A stretch of 45,346 nucleotides of DNA, taken from the NCBI RefSeq assembly GCF_004010195.1, contig NC_057719.1:689280-734625 (forward strand), in the 5' to 3' direction. Positions 11,150 through 21,744 of the stretch are shown here, in pieces. The position numbers and the translations under genes are program-made. The DNA is from Chiloscyllium plagiosum (lineage: Eukaryota). The stretch's first letter is position 1, and every line of letters begins with the position of its first letter. The notes beneath the pieces are model-generated. The model saw only the letters and a list, made by a program, of their open reading frames with translations. It was not told the origin of the DNA and made no database searches.

Positions 11150-11420
11150 TTGGACAGTGTGAAACTGGTGAGACCGTCACTCACTCACTCACTCACTACT
11201 ACTCTGCAGATCCACCTCCCCATGCTTCCGTCTGAGCCAATCCCCTCGGAGAGCCCGGCAGTCTGCTGTAATTGATCAGCTGGCGAGCCAATCAGAGTGC
11301 GGACTTCCCAAGGCACGTTGTGATTGGACGTTGGCTCCAGATCCAGAGCTCACAGAACTCCGCGGAATGGGTACAGAGGGAGGGGTAGGGGGAGTGGGAG
11401 AGAGAGAGAGAGCGAGAGAG
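11150..11420 (-). promoter_or_regulatory. Candidate internal promoter with clustered CCAAT boxes
   Basis: agCCAATc 11237-11241, agCCAATcaga 11288-11292 and gtgATTGG 11323-11327 in unique, CpG-containing sequence next to a (GA)n tract. Confidence 0.5.
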
Positions 11421-11634
11421 AGAGAGAGAGATAGAGTGTGAGTCTCTGTGTGTGTATATACACAAGACGCATGTGTGTGCCCAAGACGGGGACAGACAGA
11501 GAGAGAGAGAAGCAAGTTGGAGATAATGAGGATTTGTTGACTGATGGGTGCTAATGTCACTAGTCATTCTGCTCTGCAAACACCAGTTCTATACCCACTA
11601 TGGCAGATAGCGCAATTTAAACTCCACACTGAAA

Positions 11635-11734
11635 ATGTAGGGGTATGGGTGGGTTTCGCTTCGGCGGGTCGGTGTGGACTTGTTGGGCCGAAGGGCCTGT
11701 TTCCACACTGTAATGTAATGTAATCTAATCTAAT
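11635..11734 (+). mobile_element. 5'-truncated HE1/CR1-type tail with a 75-bp flanking duplication
   Basis: gggccgaagggcctgtttccacactg(taatg/taatc)n; flanks 11560-11634 and 11735-11809 differ at 2 positions. Confidence 0.85.
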
Positions 11735-12392
11735 CTAGTCATTCTGCTCTGCAAACACCAGTTCTATACCCACTACGGCAGATAGTGCAATTTAAACTCC
11801 ACACTGAAACTCAATAATTCATAAAAATCAGTCATTGAAAGCTAGTGTCAGTAATGGGGACCACTAAACTAATCATTGTTCATTGTAAAAACCCATCTGG
11901 GAGAATAGAATATAATAGGATATCCTTTAGAGAAATCTGTTGCCCTTATCTGGTCTGGTCTGGTCTACATGTGACTCCAGACGCTCAGCGATGTGGTTGA
12001 CTCATAACTGCCCTCTGCAATGGCCTAGTAAGGTAAGTTTGGGGGCAATTAAGGATAGGCAACAAATACTGGTCCAGCCAGTAACACCCACATCCCATGA
12101 GAGAATTTCTTCAAGTGGTGTGCCAGAATGCATGGGTGTGTTGGAGATGACCAGCTATTGCTACAGAGCTCGGTCAGGATTCACACTGCGAGTGGTGAAT
12201 AACTCACTCACATTCCCAGCCTGGGCTCCCTCCCAACATTCATTCATGAAAGATCATGGTCAATCTTACCTGATACAAAAGCAAACTAATGCAGATACTG
12301 GAAAGCCGAAATAAAACAGTAAATGTTACAAGTGCTTAACAGATCAGAAACATCTGTCGAGAGGAAAATAGAGTTGACATCTCAGGTCAATA

Positions 12393-12860
12393 TGCGAGGA
12401 CAGGCAAAATCGACGTTTCGGGCAAAAGCCCTTCATCAGGAATAAAGGCAGAGAGCCTGAAGCATGGAGACACCCGCACCAATCAACCAAACCGCCCTGT
12501 GGCCCAACATTTCAACTCCCCCTCCCACTCTGCCGAGGATATGGAGGTCCTGGGCCTCCTTCACCGCCGCTCCCTCACCATCAGACACCTGAATACAGAC
12601 CAGACTTCAATAACGTCAATGCACAGGCCAGAGGTCAATAATGTAAGAGCACAGGCCAGAGTCAATACAGTCACAGCACAGGTCAGAATCCCTCCTCTAG
12701 CTTATCTCTCCACGCTTCAGGCTCTCTGCCTTTATTCCTGATGAAGGGCTTTTGCCCGAAATGTCGATTTTGCCTGTCCTCGGATTTTGCCTGAACTGCT
12801 GTGCTCTTCCAGCACCACTAATCCAGAATCTGGTTTCCAGCATCTGCAGTCATTGTTTTT
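12393..12860 (+). mobile_element. Penelope-like element 3' part with 5' inversion and two hammerhead motifs
   Basis: TSD atctcaggtcaata at 12379-12392 and 12861-12874; GIY-YIG C-terminal peptide VAQHFNSPSHSAEDMEVLGL; hammerheads at 12408-12443(-) and 12734-12769(+). Sits inside older PLE-like ends (about 12277-12392 and 12875-12955). Confidence 0.85.
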
Positions 12861-12959
12861 ATCTCAGGTCAATAACCCATCGCAGTTGTGAAGCTCTTTC
12901 TCTCTCACTACAGATGGTGCCAGACCTGCTGAGGATTTCCAGCAATACCCTGTTCTTAC

Positions 12960-13085
12960 CTGGAGTTTACTTTGCTCTTTTTGTAGATCCTCGCTGATAC
13001 AGGGCAGCTCCCGCCTCAAGTCCACTCCGAATTCTTGGAGTTTGAGACCCAATGCAGTCACCTCCTCCCCACATCTGTCACACAT
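12960..13085 (-). CDS. SYNE2: Nesprin-2-like coding exon
   Basis: Acceptor ggacag|A, donor CAG|gtaaga, 126 bp/42 aa. Encodes MCDRCGEEVTALGLKLQEFGVDLRRELPCISEDLQKEQSKLQ. Confidence 0.9.
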
Positions 13086-13539
13086 CTGTCCAGAGCAACA
13101 CAAAGACACAGAGTAGTGGGTGGATAGCAGGGGATTTACAATAAACAGTCCCCAGCGTCATGGCACAGGCTTTGCCGACACAGTCAGGTGGAAGTGAAAG
13201 ACTCCACGGCACAGTGTCCTGACCAATACAGACCTCTGAGCCAATACCGTGAAAAAAATTATCCAGTCATCTGGACATGGTTGTTGGTGGAAGTATGTGA
13301 AATGCAGAGCGTGTTACAGCAGTGACTACATCACAGAGGTGGGGGCTTGGATGGTGTGAAGGGGGTCATTTATTACAGTGAAGATCCTGATCATGCAGCA
13401 GAATACTGCAGATGGTGGAAATCGCTCAAGTGAGGCAGTGTGCACGTCCATCAATCTAGTCTACTCTATTCATGCTCACAATGTTGGCATCTTGATACCA
13501 AATTCAGCCTGGGGGCACTTGCTTTGTAGAATACCCCTG

Positions 13540-14085
13540 ATCCATCCACAAGCATGACCCCAAGTCTCTGGGGCCTGTCATTTTAATTCCCACCTTACCG
13601 TCACACTGACATCTCTGTCCTCTGCCTGGTGCCCTGTTCCAGTGAAACTCAACATAAACTGAGGAAACAGCAACTCAACTTCCAGTTACACACTTTACAA
13701 AAATCTGGACAATGAGCTCAATATTTTCAAACTGCAAACCCTGCCCCATTTTGAATTGTTTTCTTTGTATCCTGTATTTTGATTTTTTTTCCGTCAGTGG
13801 TGTCTCTGCTCTCGGCACTTATTTGCTGTTTCCCGTCTCTGTTCCCTTTGGGCCCAGAGCATTAACTCCTCTGTTGTTCAGTCCTGCCCATCCTCCACCC
13901 GACTGCAGACTTCCCTTTCGTGTTCATAGCACCCAGCCTTTGTTCAAATTCTAGACCATCCCTAACATTTCTCTGTGGGAGTCTGGATGAAAGGCTATTG
14001 ACGTGAACAGCCAATTTTGTTTTCTCTCTTCATGCATGCTACCTGCTTTACTGAGCAACTTCCTGCATTTTTTTATTTTAATAGA
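13540..14085 (+). mobile_element. Old Penelope-like 3' fragment
   Basis: Degenerate KLEEQHLIF-like coding remnant (aaactgaggaaacagcaactcaacttc) and a degenerate ctggatgaaagg...gaac tail. Confidence 0.55.
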
Positions 14086-14470
14086 ATGATCCAAACCTAG
14101 TGAAAGACACTATGTAAATACCTATGCTTTCGTTTTTGATCAATCCACCTGGTTAAGGAAATGGGACCGGGTGAGACCAACCTGTTCCCACTGGGACTGT
14201 GATGCCTTCCAGTTGGTAACAGATGATCAAATGCTAAGGCACCAGTCTGTAATGGGAAGCTGTACTGTGCAGCAGCTTGATAAGCCCCAATAATGACCCT
14301 CAATCACTGCTCCAGCCATTCAATGCCATGCAAACAAAATCCTCTGAGTCTGAGTTAAAGGCGAGGAGTCACTTCAGACTCCTTGAGATTTTGTTTCCAG
14401 ATTACTTGGCCTTGGTGAGGTTTCTGTGGAGCTCAGTCTTGGGTTGAAAGGAAGGTTGTACAGGGTGTAC

Positions 14471-14665
14471 CTTCACTATGGCGGTCAGTTTGTTCCTCTT
14501 GTCCGTGAGCTGTAGGTTGATGGAACCCCAGGCGTCCTGTAGCTGGCAGAGTTGTTCCTGGAGCGATGCCTGTGCTGAGGAATCGGCTGCTGGCAGGAGC
14601 TCATTGCCCACCTCCAGGGCCCGCGTCAGGTACGGCTCCAGCCGCTGGAGTTTCCTCCCTTGGAG
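14471..14665 (-). CDS. SYNE2: Nesprin-2-like coding exon
   Basis: Acceptor ctccaag|C, donor AAG|gtacac, 195 bp/65 aa. Encodes LQGRKLQRLEPYLTRALEVGNELL...QLQDAWGSIN...AIVK. Confidence 0.9.
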
Positions 14666-15843
14666 CTTGGAGATGAACAAGATCGATAACGTTCGCACAC
14701 AGACCGCTCAACAATTCCCACAGAGGATTACCCTCGTAATCTGGGGGGGGGGGGAAGTCAGNNNNNNNNNNNNNNNNNNNNNNNNNNNNNNNNNNNNNNN
14801 NNNNNNNNNNNNNNNNNNNNNNNNNNNNNNNNNNNNNNNNNNNNNNNNNNNNNNNNNNNNNNNNNNNNNNNNNNNNNNNNNNNNNNNNNNNNNNNNNNNN
14901 NNNNNNNNNNNNNNNNNNNNNNNNNNNNNNNNNNNNNNNNNNNNNNNNNNNNNNNNNNNNNNNNNNNNNNNNNNNNNNNNNNNNNNNNNNNNNNNNNNNN
15001 NNNNNNNNNNNNNNNNNNNNNNNNNNNNNNNNNNNNNNNNNNNNNNNNNNNNNNNNNNNNNNNNNNNNNNNNNNNNNNNNNNNNNNNNNNNNNNNNNNNN
15101 NNNNNNNNNNNNNNNNNNNNNNNNNNNNNNNNNNNNNNNNNNNNNNNNNNNNNNNNNNNNNNNNNNNNNNNNNNNNNNNNNNNNNNNNNNNNNNNNNNNN
15201 NNNNNNNNNNNNNNNNNNNNNNNNNNNNNNNNNNNNNNNNNNNNNNNNNNNNNNNNNNNNNNNNNNNNNNNNNNNNNNNNNNNNNNNNNNNNNNNNNNNN
15301 NNNNNNNNNNNNNNNNNNNNNNNGGGGAGGGGTCAAGGCTGCTCGGGGGGTCAAGGCTGATCGGGGCGGGGGGAGGTCAGGGCTGATCGGGGGGGGGGGG
15401 GGGGCCAGGGCTCTTCTCCACCCACCCACCTGTCCGCCACCCTGTCTTCCCTTTCAAAGAGACAACACAGGCCTGATGGACAGACTGGCCTCTTCCTGCA
15501 CTGTGTGATAGTACGCCTGTGATGGGCTGGAATTATTCAGTGTATTTTGATATTTAAACAACTGTTTAAACCCATTGATAGTTAGTGATAAATTGAACAC
15601 TAGGAGCAGGCATTGCCCAAAATTGGGAATTCCTTCTCCAGCAGAAGGCCTTCTCCCAGTTTTCGGAGTTGAGGAGGCAGTGTTGGGCTGGAGGTTAGCT
15701 CAAGGTGACCCAGTCCCACCAAGGTGCCTGACCTATCACACATTCAGAAGACAAGGTCCCCTCAGTGTTGAGACCCCCCCTCGGTATTGGGCCCACCCCT
15801 CCTCAGTATCAGGCAAGGAGCATTAAGGAACAAAACGACTTAC

Positions 15844-16078
15844 CTTCACCTCCTCCAGCAGCATCCAGAGCTGCTGCAGACTGTAACTGCGCAGATCGCC
15901 CATGGCCTGCAGTATGTTTGACGTGTCAGTAAGCAGCTTACGCAGTCTGGCCACAGAGTTGCCATGGTGACACCATTGGTTGGCGAGGGTGGTAATGATG
16001 TGTTGGCGTTGCCAGACTTTCTGGACCAATCTGCACCAGCGTTCCTTCAGCGCCGAGAGATTCAGGACAAAAGTCCTT
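15844..16078 (-). CDS. SYNE2: Nesprin-2-like coding exon
   Basis: Acceptor ccccag|A, donor AAG|gtaagt, 235 bp. Encodes RTFVLNLSALKERWCRLVQKVWQRQ...LLTDTSNILQAM...LLEEVK (cf. recalled nesprin-2 FLTDTSHLLSAV). Confidence 0.93.
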
Positions 16079-16319
16079 CTGGGGAGGCAGACCGACAGTA
16101 TTAGAAAACAAACCTGCCTCAGTTCTCCCTGAATCTGGCAGTTCACCACTGGGTGCAATGGCCCCACTGATACTGGGACCATAAAGAGATCATTCTCTCT
16201 AAGCCTTGCCCGTACACTAGGGCCTTACATTCTTCCTGGTCTGTAGGGCAGGAAGCAGCAAGTTCAGAGCACTACAATATTGGCCTTCACAACAGCACTC
16301 AACCATTCAAACAGTGACC

Positions 16320-17805
16320 ATTGAGAATCACAGAATCATTACAGCACTGAAAGAAGCCATTCAGCCCATCCTCCCTGCACTGGCTCCATCCCTTAATGCC
16401 AACCACCTGCCTTTGCCCCATGTCCTGCACATTATTCCTGTCCAATGATGGACATCTTTTTCAAAACGATGGAGTAGGATGGTACAGACGTATCGGTGAC
16501 AGCTAGCCTGCAGAAAGGTGCAGATCGGCAGGGATATTTAAGCAGATAGAGAAAATACTTAAAGTTGAAGACTACCTGAGAGAGGACTGGGGGGTCTGTG
16601 CTAATGGCTGCCTAGCGACCCTCTCTGAAGTGAGAGTTTTGTTGGAGCCATTATCCATATCATCCAATACCCTGTTCAATGTCTCAACTGAACCTGCCTC
16701 CCCCACATTTCCAGGTAATGCATTCCACACCCAGGCTCCTCACTGTGTGAGGATGGGTTTTTTTCCCCTCACTTTACCCTTGCTTCGTGTAAATTTACGC
16801 TCTCTCATTCGATTAGATTAGATTAGATTAGATTACTTACAGTGTGGAAACAGGCCCTTCGGCCCAACAAGTCCAAACCGACCCGCCGAAGCGCAACCCA
16901 CCCATACCCCTACATTTACCCCTTACCTGACACTACGGGCAATTTAGCATGGCCAATTCACCTGACCTGCACATCTTTGGACTGTGGGAGGAAACCGGAG
17001 CACCCGGAGGAAACCCACGCAGACACGGGGAGAATGTGCAGACTCCACACAGTCAGTCGCCTGTTCCTTTTGAGAGCAGGGACAGCTTCTCCCTCTTTAC
17101 TGTCCAGCTCCCCAGGATTTTGAAAATCTCTATCGAGTCTCCCTCTCAGCCACTTTCTCTCCCAGGAAAGCAGCTGCACCTTCCCCAATCTATCATCACT
17201 GAAGTTTCTCACCCTGGTACCATTTTTGTAAGTCACTCTGCACTCTCCCCAGTACATTCACATTCTCCTATAATGTGGTGCCCACTGTACACAACACTCC
17301 AGCTGGGGTCTAACAAGTGTCCTGTACAAACCCACCATCACCCCCCTGCTCATGTACTCCATGCCCCTGTGTATAAAGCCGAGGACACTGTGTGCTTTAT
17401 TTACTGCTCTCTCCCCAGGTCCTGCCTCCTTTACTGATCTGTGCTCATGTATACCCAGCTCCCTGTGCTCCTGCATCCCCCTTTAGAATTGTTCCCCTAT
17501 TATATGTTCCCCTCCAATGTTATTCTGACTAAAACACATCCACCTCACACTTCTCTGCATTGAACCACATCTGCCCCCATCCACCAATTCCTTTGGACCC
17601 CCACCATGTCCTCCTCACAGTTAGCAATTCGTCCAAGTTTAGCATCATCTGCAAATTCTGAAGCTGTCCCCTGCTCACCGCAAACCAGATCATTAATGTC
17701 AATCAGAAAAAGGGGGAGCTCTAACACCAACTCCTGGGGAGCTCCATCACAAATCTTCCTCCAGAAATATCCATTGACCATGACTCTCTGTTTCCTATCA
17801 CCCAG
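16320..17805 (-). mobile_element. CR1 LINE fragment interrupted by a HE1 SINE (16811-17057)
   Basis: ORF remnants LYRTLVRPQLECCVQW and INDL...EFADDAKLG; the SINE has a (gatta)n tail. Confidence 0.85.
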
Positions 17806-17949
17806 TCAATGGAAACATTCGCACAGAAAGCGCAGGCAGAAACCAAGAGGAGCAGGAGGATCGCGAGCTGATGGAAAGGACAAACTGCCCAATTAAACGT
17901 CCTTGTCAGTTCATTAGAGAAGGTTTGGCTGCTCTGGTCATTGTCTCAC

Positions 17950-18044
17950 CTGTCCTGGACATCACTGCTTGGAATCAGATTCTGGGCCTCCTGAACGATC
18001 GAATCAAGGATCTGATGTGCGATTGAAATCTCCACCTGGAAAAG
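17950..18044 (-). CDS. SYNE2: Nesprin-2-like coding exon
   Basis: Acceptor ttgcag|C, donor AG|gtgaga, 95 bp. Encodes LFQVEISIAHQILDSIVQEAQNLIPSSDVQD(R). Not in the ORF track; phases match both neighbours. Confidence 0.92.
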
Positions 18045-18669
18045 CTGCAACAGGAGCAGAGTTAAAATTAACAGTGAGCTTACTGGTTATTTTCCACATT
18101 CATGGGGTATTGGCATCATTGGCAAGGCCAGCAGTTGCTACTTAGTCCTAATTGCCCTCCATAGCAATGGTGGGTCTGGAGTCACATGTAGGACAGACTC
18201 GGTAAGGACACAGACTTTCTTCCCTGAAGGACATCAGCAAACCAGGTGGGTTTTTATGTTTCCGTGCTGTACATCTCTATGACTCTAATGCTCTGGGAAA
18301 CTGGGTTCAAACCTGGTGGAGCTGGGTAGCTGGTGGAATTAAATTCTAATGAATTAATTGAGAGTCAGTTTCAGTAATGGTGATTGTGGAATTATTGTCG
18401 ATTGTCATACAAACCCCATCTGATTTGCTGATAGGGAAGGAAATCTGTGTCCTTACCGAGTCTGTCCTACATGTGACTCCAGACCCACCATTGCTCTGGA
18501 GGGCAATTAGGACTAAGTAGCAACTGCTGGCCTTGCCAATGATGCCAATACCCCATGAATGACGAAAAGCAGTGGACCCAGCACCGACCCTTGTGGCACT
18601 CCACTGGTCACAAGCCTCCAGCCATTCAGCCCCTCAATTCACATCAATCCTCCAAAGACCATCTTATCC

Positions 18670-18898
18670 AGACCCATGGTGAACACACCTAGCCTGCACA
18701 TCCCTGGATACTATGGGCAATTTAGCATAACCAATCCACCTGACCTGCACACCTTTGGACTGTGGGAGGAAACCGGAGCACCCGGAGGAAACCCACGCAG
18801 ACACGGGGAGAAGGTGCAAACTCCACACAGACAGTTGCCTGAGTGTGGAATCAAATTGGTGAGGCAGCAGTGCTAACCATGAGCCACTATGCTGCCCC
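18670..18898 (-). mobile_element. HE1-type V-SINE
   Basis: gggaggaaaccggagcacccggaggaaacccacgcagac and head ctaaccatgagccactatgctgcccc. Confidence 0.88.
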
Positions 18899-19164
18899 AA
18901 TAATTAAAGAGGGTTTGACTTGGTTTTGTAAGTATGGGGACCAGGAGGGGTTCAGGCAGGGGAATGGTGGTTTGGTGAAACCCCTATAAGATCTGAGGTA
19001 AGGAGTATTCTGCAGGCTAATGCTTACTTTGCCACAAATATAGCTGATTGTCTTAGAAGGTGTGGGCACACGGGCAGAGAGCTCAGGCACATTGGAACTG
19101 TCCTGACTTACTGAGTGGATAATATGCCAGTGATTCCATGGTGGTCTGCGGGGACTGATCTCAC

Positions 19165-19312
19165 CTCATGAGTTTCCTGTTGTTCTTTCAGGCCCTCATA
19201 GCTGCCAGCAACATCAATCATCAGTGTCTCCTCCATCCTCTCCAGAAACTGTCTCCAATGCTCACACTTCTGACTGAAGCTCTCCTCTTGCAGCGTAGCA
19301 GCCTGCAGTTTA
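19165..19312 (-). CDS. SYNE2: Nesprin-2-like coding exon (most 5' exon seen), spectrin-repeat rod
   Basis: Acceptor ttcag|T, donor GAG|gtgaga, 148 bp. Encodes (S)KLQAATLQEESFSQKCEHWRQFLERMEETLMIDVAGSYEGLKEQQETHE, matching recalled nesprin-1/2 sequence (KCETWMEFL...ISGNYQHLLEQQRAHE). An alternative acceptor at 19302 is possible. Confidence 0.88.
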
Positions 19313-19789
19313 CTGAAACCATTGATCATTTGGCAGAAATAATCAGCATTTCAAACTCAAGGTTGTAACAACAAGGTACATTCATATAGCAGCTTTGTAG
19401 TAATAAGATTTCACAATGCACTTCACAGCATTATCAAACAGAATCTGACGCAGCTGCATAAGGAGATCTTAAGGCAGGTGTCCAGATGTTTGGTCAAAGG
19501 GGTGGGTTTTTAGGAGTGTCTTAGAGGGACAATGTGAGGAGAAGAGATTTAGGGAGGAAATGCCAGATGGTGGGGCCCAGGACATGGCCAGCAACAGCAG
19601 ACAGATGCCAGGATTACAGGAGGGAAGATATTTCACAGGATTTGGAGATGCAAGAGATTGTAGTCAGAGGGAGGGGAGAGGCCATGGAGGGGTTTGAAGA
19701 CAAGGAGGTGAACTTTAAAATCAAGGGGCTGCTTAACTGGAAATCAACATAGGTCTTTAAAACCATAAGAAATAGGAACATTTTCCCTG

Positions 19790-20900
19790 ACACATTTGGA
19801 ATATTGCATGTAGTTCTGGTCACCACACTATCAGTGGCTGTGGAGAGTGTACAGAAACAGTTTACCAGGATGTTGCCTGTTTTGGTGGGTATGAACTATG
19901 AGGAGAGACTGGACAAACAATTTGTTTCTACTTGAACGTCAAGGATTAGGGGCGATCTGATAGCAATTTACAAAATTAAGAGAAGCGCAATAGAATGGAT
20001 TTCCATCCCAGGGTAGAAATGTTAATTACTAGAGAACATAGGTGGATAGTTTAAAGGAAATGTGAGAGGCAGGTTTTTATTTTTACACAGAGGGTGGTAG
20101 GTGCCTGGAATGCACTGCCAGGGGAGATGTGGGAGGCAGATACAACACCAAGGTTTAAGAGGTACCTGGACAGATACATGAATAAGCACTATGGACAACG
20201 TAAAGGCAAAACATTGTTAGTTTAGATATGCATCATGTATTAGTGCAGTCTTGGTGGGCCGAAGGGCCTGTACCTGCTCTGATCTCACATTGCCCACGTC
20301 CACTTTCCTGCCCTTTCCCCATAACCTTGGATTCTCCAACAGATCAAGAATCTGAGCTGCCCCCTCAGCTATCTGTGGCAAAGAGTTCCAAAGTACCACA
20401 ACCCTTCTCATCTCACTCTTAAATGCGCACCCCTTTATTCAGAGTTTATACCCTCCGGTCCTAGACTCTTCCATGAGGCGAAACATCCTCTCAGCATTGA
20501 TTCTATCAAGCCCCTTAAGAATACAAAATGTTTCAATGAGATCACCTCACATTCTTCAAAACTCCAATGAGTAAAGTCACCACCTGTTTAACCTTTGCTC
20601 ATAAGGCAATCTCACCATACCAGGGATTATTCTAGTGAATTTTCCAATGAACTGTCCTCAGTAGCCCAGATGTGATCTCATACTCCAACCCCTTTGAAAT
20701 AAGGGCCAACATTCCGCTAGCCTTCCTGATTACCTGTTACCCCTGTGTACTGGCTTTCTGTGTTTCATGTACAAGTTCCCCAAGTCCCTTTGTGGCAGCT
20801 TTCTATAATTCTTCTCAATTTAAATATTCTCACAAAATGAACAACTTCGCATTTTTCCACATTATACTGCTTTTGACAATGTTTAGCCTACATACTTAAC
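19790..20900. mobile_element. Two adjacent CR1-type fragments in opposite orientation (+ 19790-20275, - 20275-20900)
   Basis: ttggaatattgcatgtagttctggtcacc...tttaccaggatgttgcctg, followed by reverse-strand RVVVLWNSLP. Confidence 0.75.
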
Positions 20901-20910
20901 CCATCAAAAT

Positions 20911-21022
20911 TACAAACTAAAATTACACAACACCAGGTTATAATCCAACAGGTTTATTTGGAGGCACTAGCTTTCAAAGTGCTGTTTCTTCATCAGGTGG
21001 TTGTCAAGTCGCACACAGAAAC
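20911..21022 (-). mobile_element. Penelope-like 3' end, family B, with degenerate hammerhead
   Basis: Reverse-complement match to 44091-44183; minus strand cacCTGATGAagaaacagcactttGAAAGCTAgtg; runs into a gap. Confidence 0.8.
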
Positions 21023-21744
21023 NNNNNNNNNNNNNNNNNNNNNNNNNNNNNNNNNNNNNNNNNNNNNNNNNNNNNNNNNNNNNNNNNNNNNNNNNNNNNN
21101 NNNNNNNNNNNNNNNNNNNNNNNNNNNNNNNNNNNNNNNNNNNNNNNNNNNNNNNNNNNNNNNNNNNNNNNNNNNNNNNNNNNNNNNNNNNNNNNNNNNN
21201 NNNNNNNNNNNNNNNNNNNNNNNNNNNNNNNNNNNNNNNNNNNNNNNNNNNNNNNNNNNNNNNNNNNNNNNNNNNNNNNNNNNNNNNNNNNNNNNNNNNN
21301 NNNNNNNNNNNNNNNNNNNNNNNNNNNNNNNNNNNNNNNNNNNNNNNNNNNNNNNNNNNNNNNNNNNNNNNNNNNNNNNNNNNNNNNNNNNNNNNNNNNN
21401 NNNNNNNNNNNNNNNNNNNNNNNNNNNNNNNNNNNNNNNNNNNNNNNNNNNNNNNNNNNNNNNNNNNNNNNNNNNNNNNNNNNNNNNNNNNCCTCCAGCC
21501 CCTGCACACACACACATATATTAAAATAATCTAAAGATAAAAGATTTGCATAGGGGTTACTGGTTTAAAGGCTCCAACACAGCTAACATAAAATTTCAAT
21601 ATAGCTCATTTTGAGTTGAGGAGACACCTATGCTAATAAATCTGTAAATAAAAAGTTTTAACAATGGTTTAAACACCGAAAAGGCCTGTAAAGAGACACA
21701 GCAAGACCATACCTAGGTGTGAAAATACGAAGTTAATTACAATC

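Noticed and set aside
3922..19312. SYNE1 assignment
   Set aside because: Diagnostic residues (DCM.EINL, EIDDKLN, LTDTS, WVVFN) fit recalled nesprin-2 better; phylogeny or synteny with ESR2 is needed to confirm.
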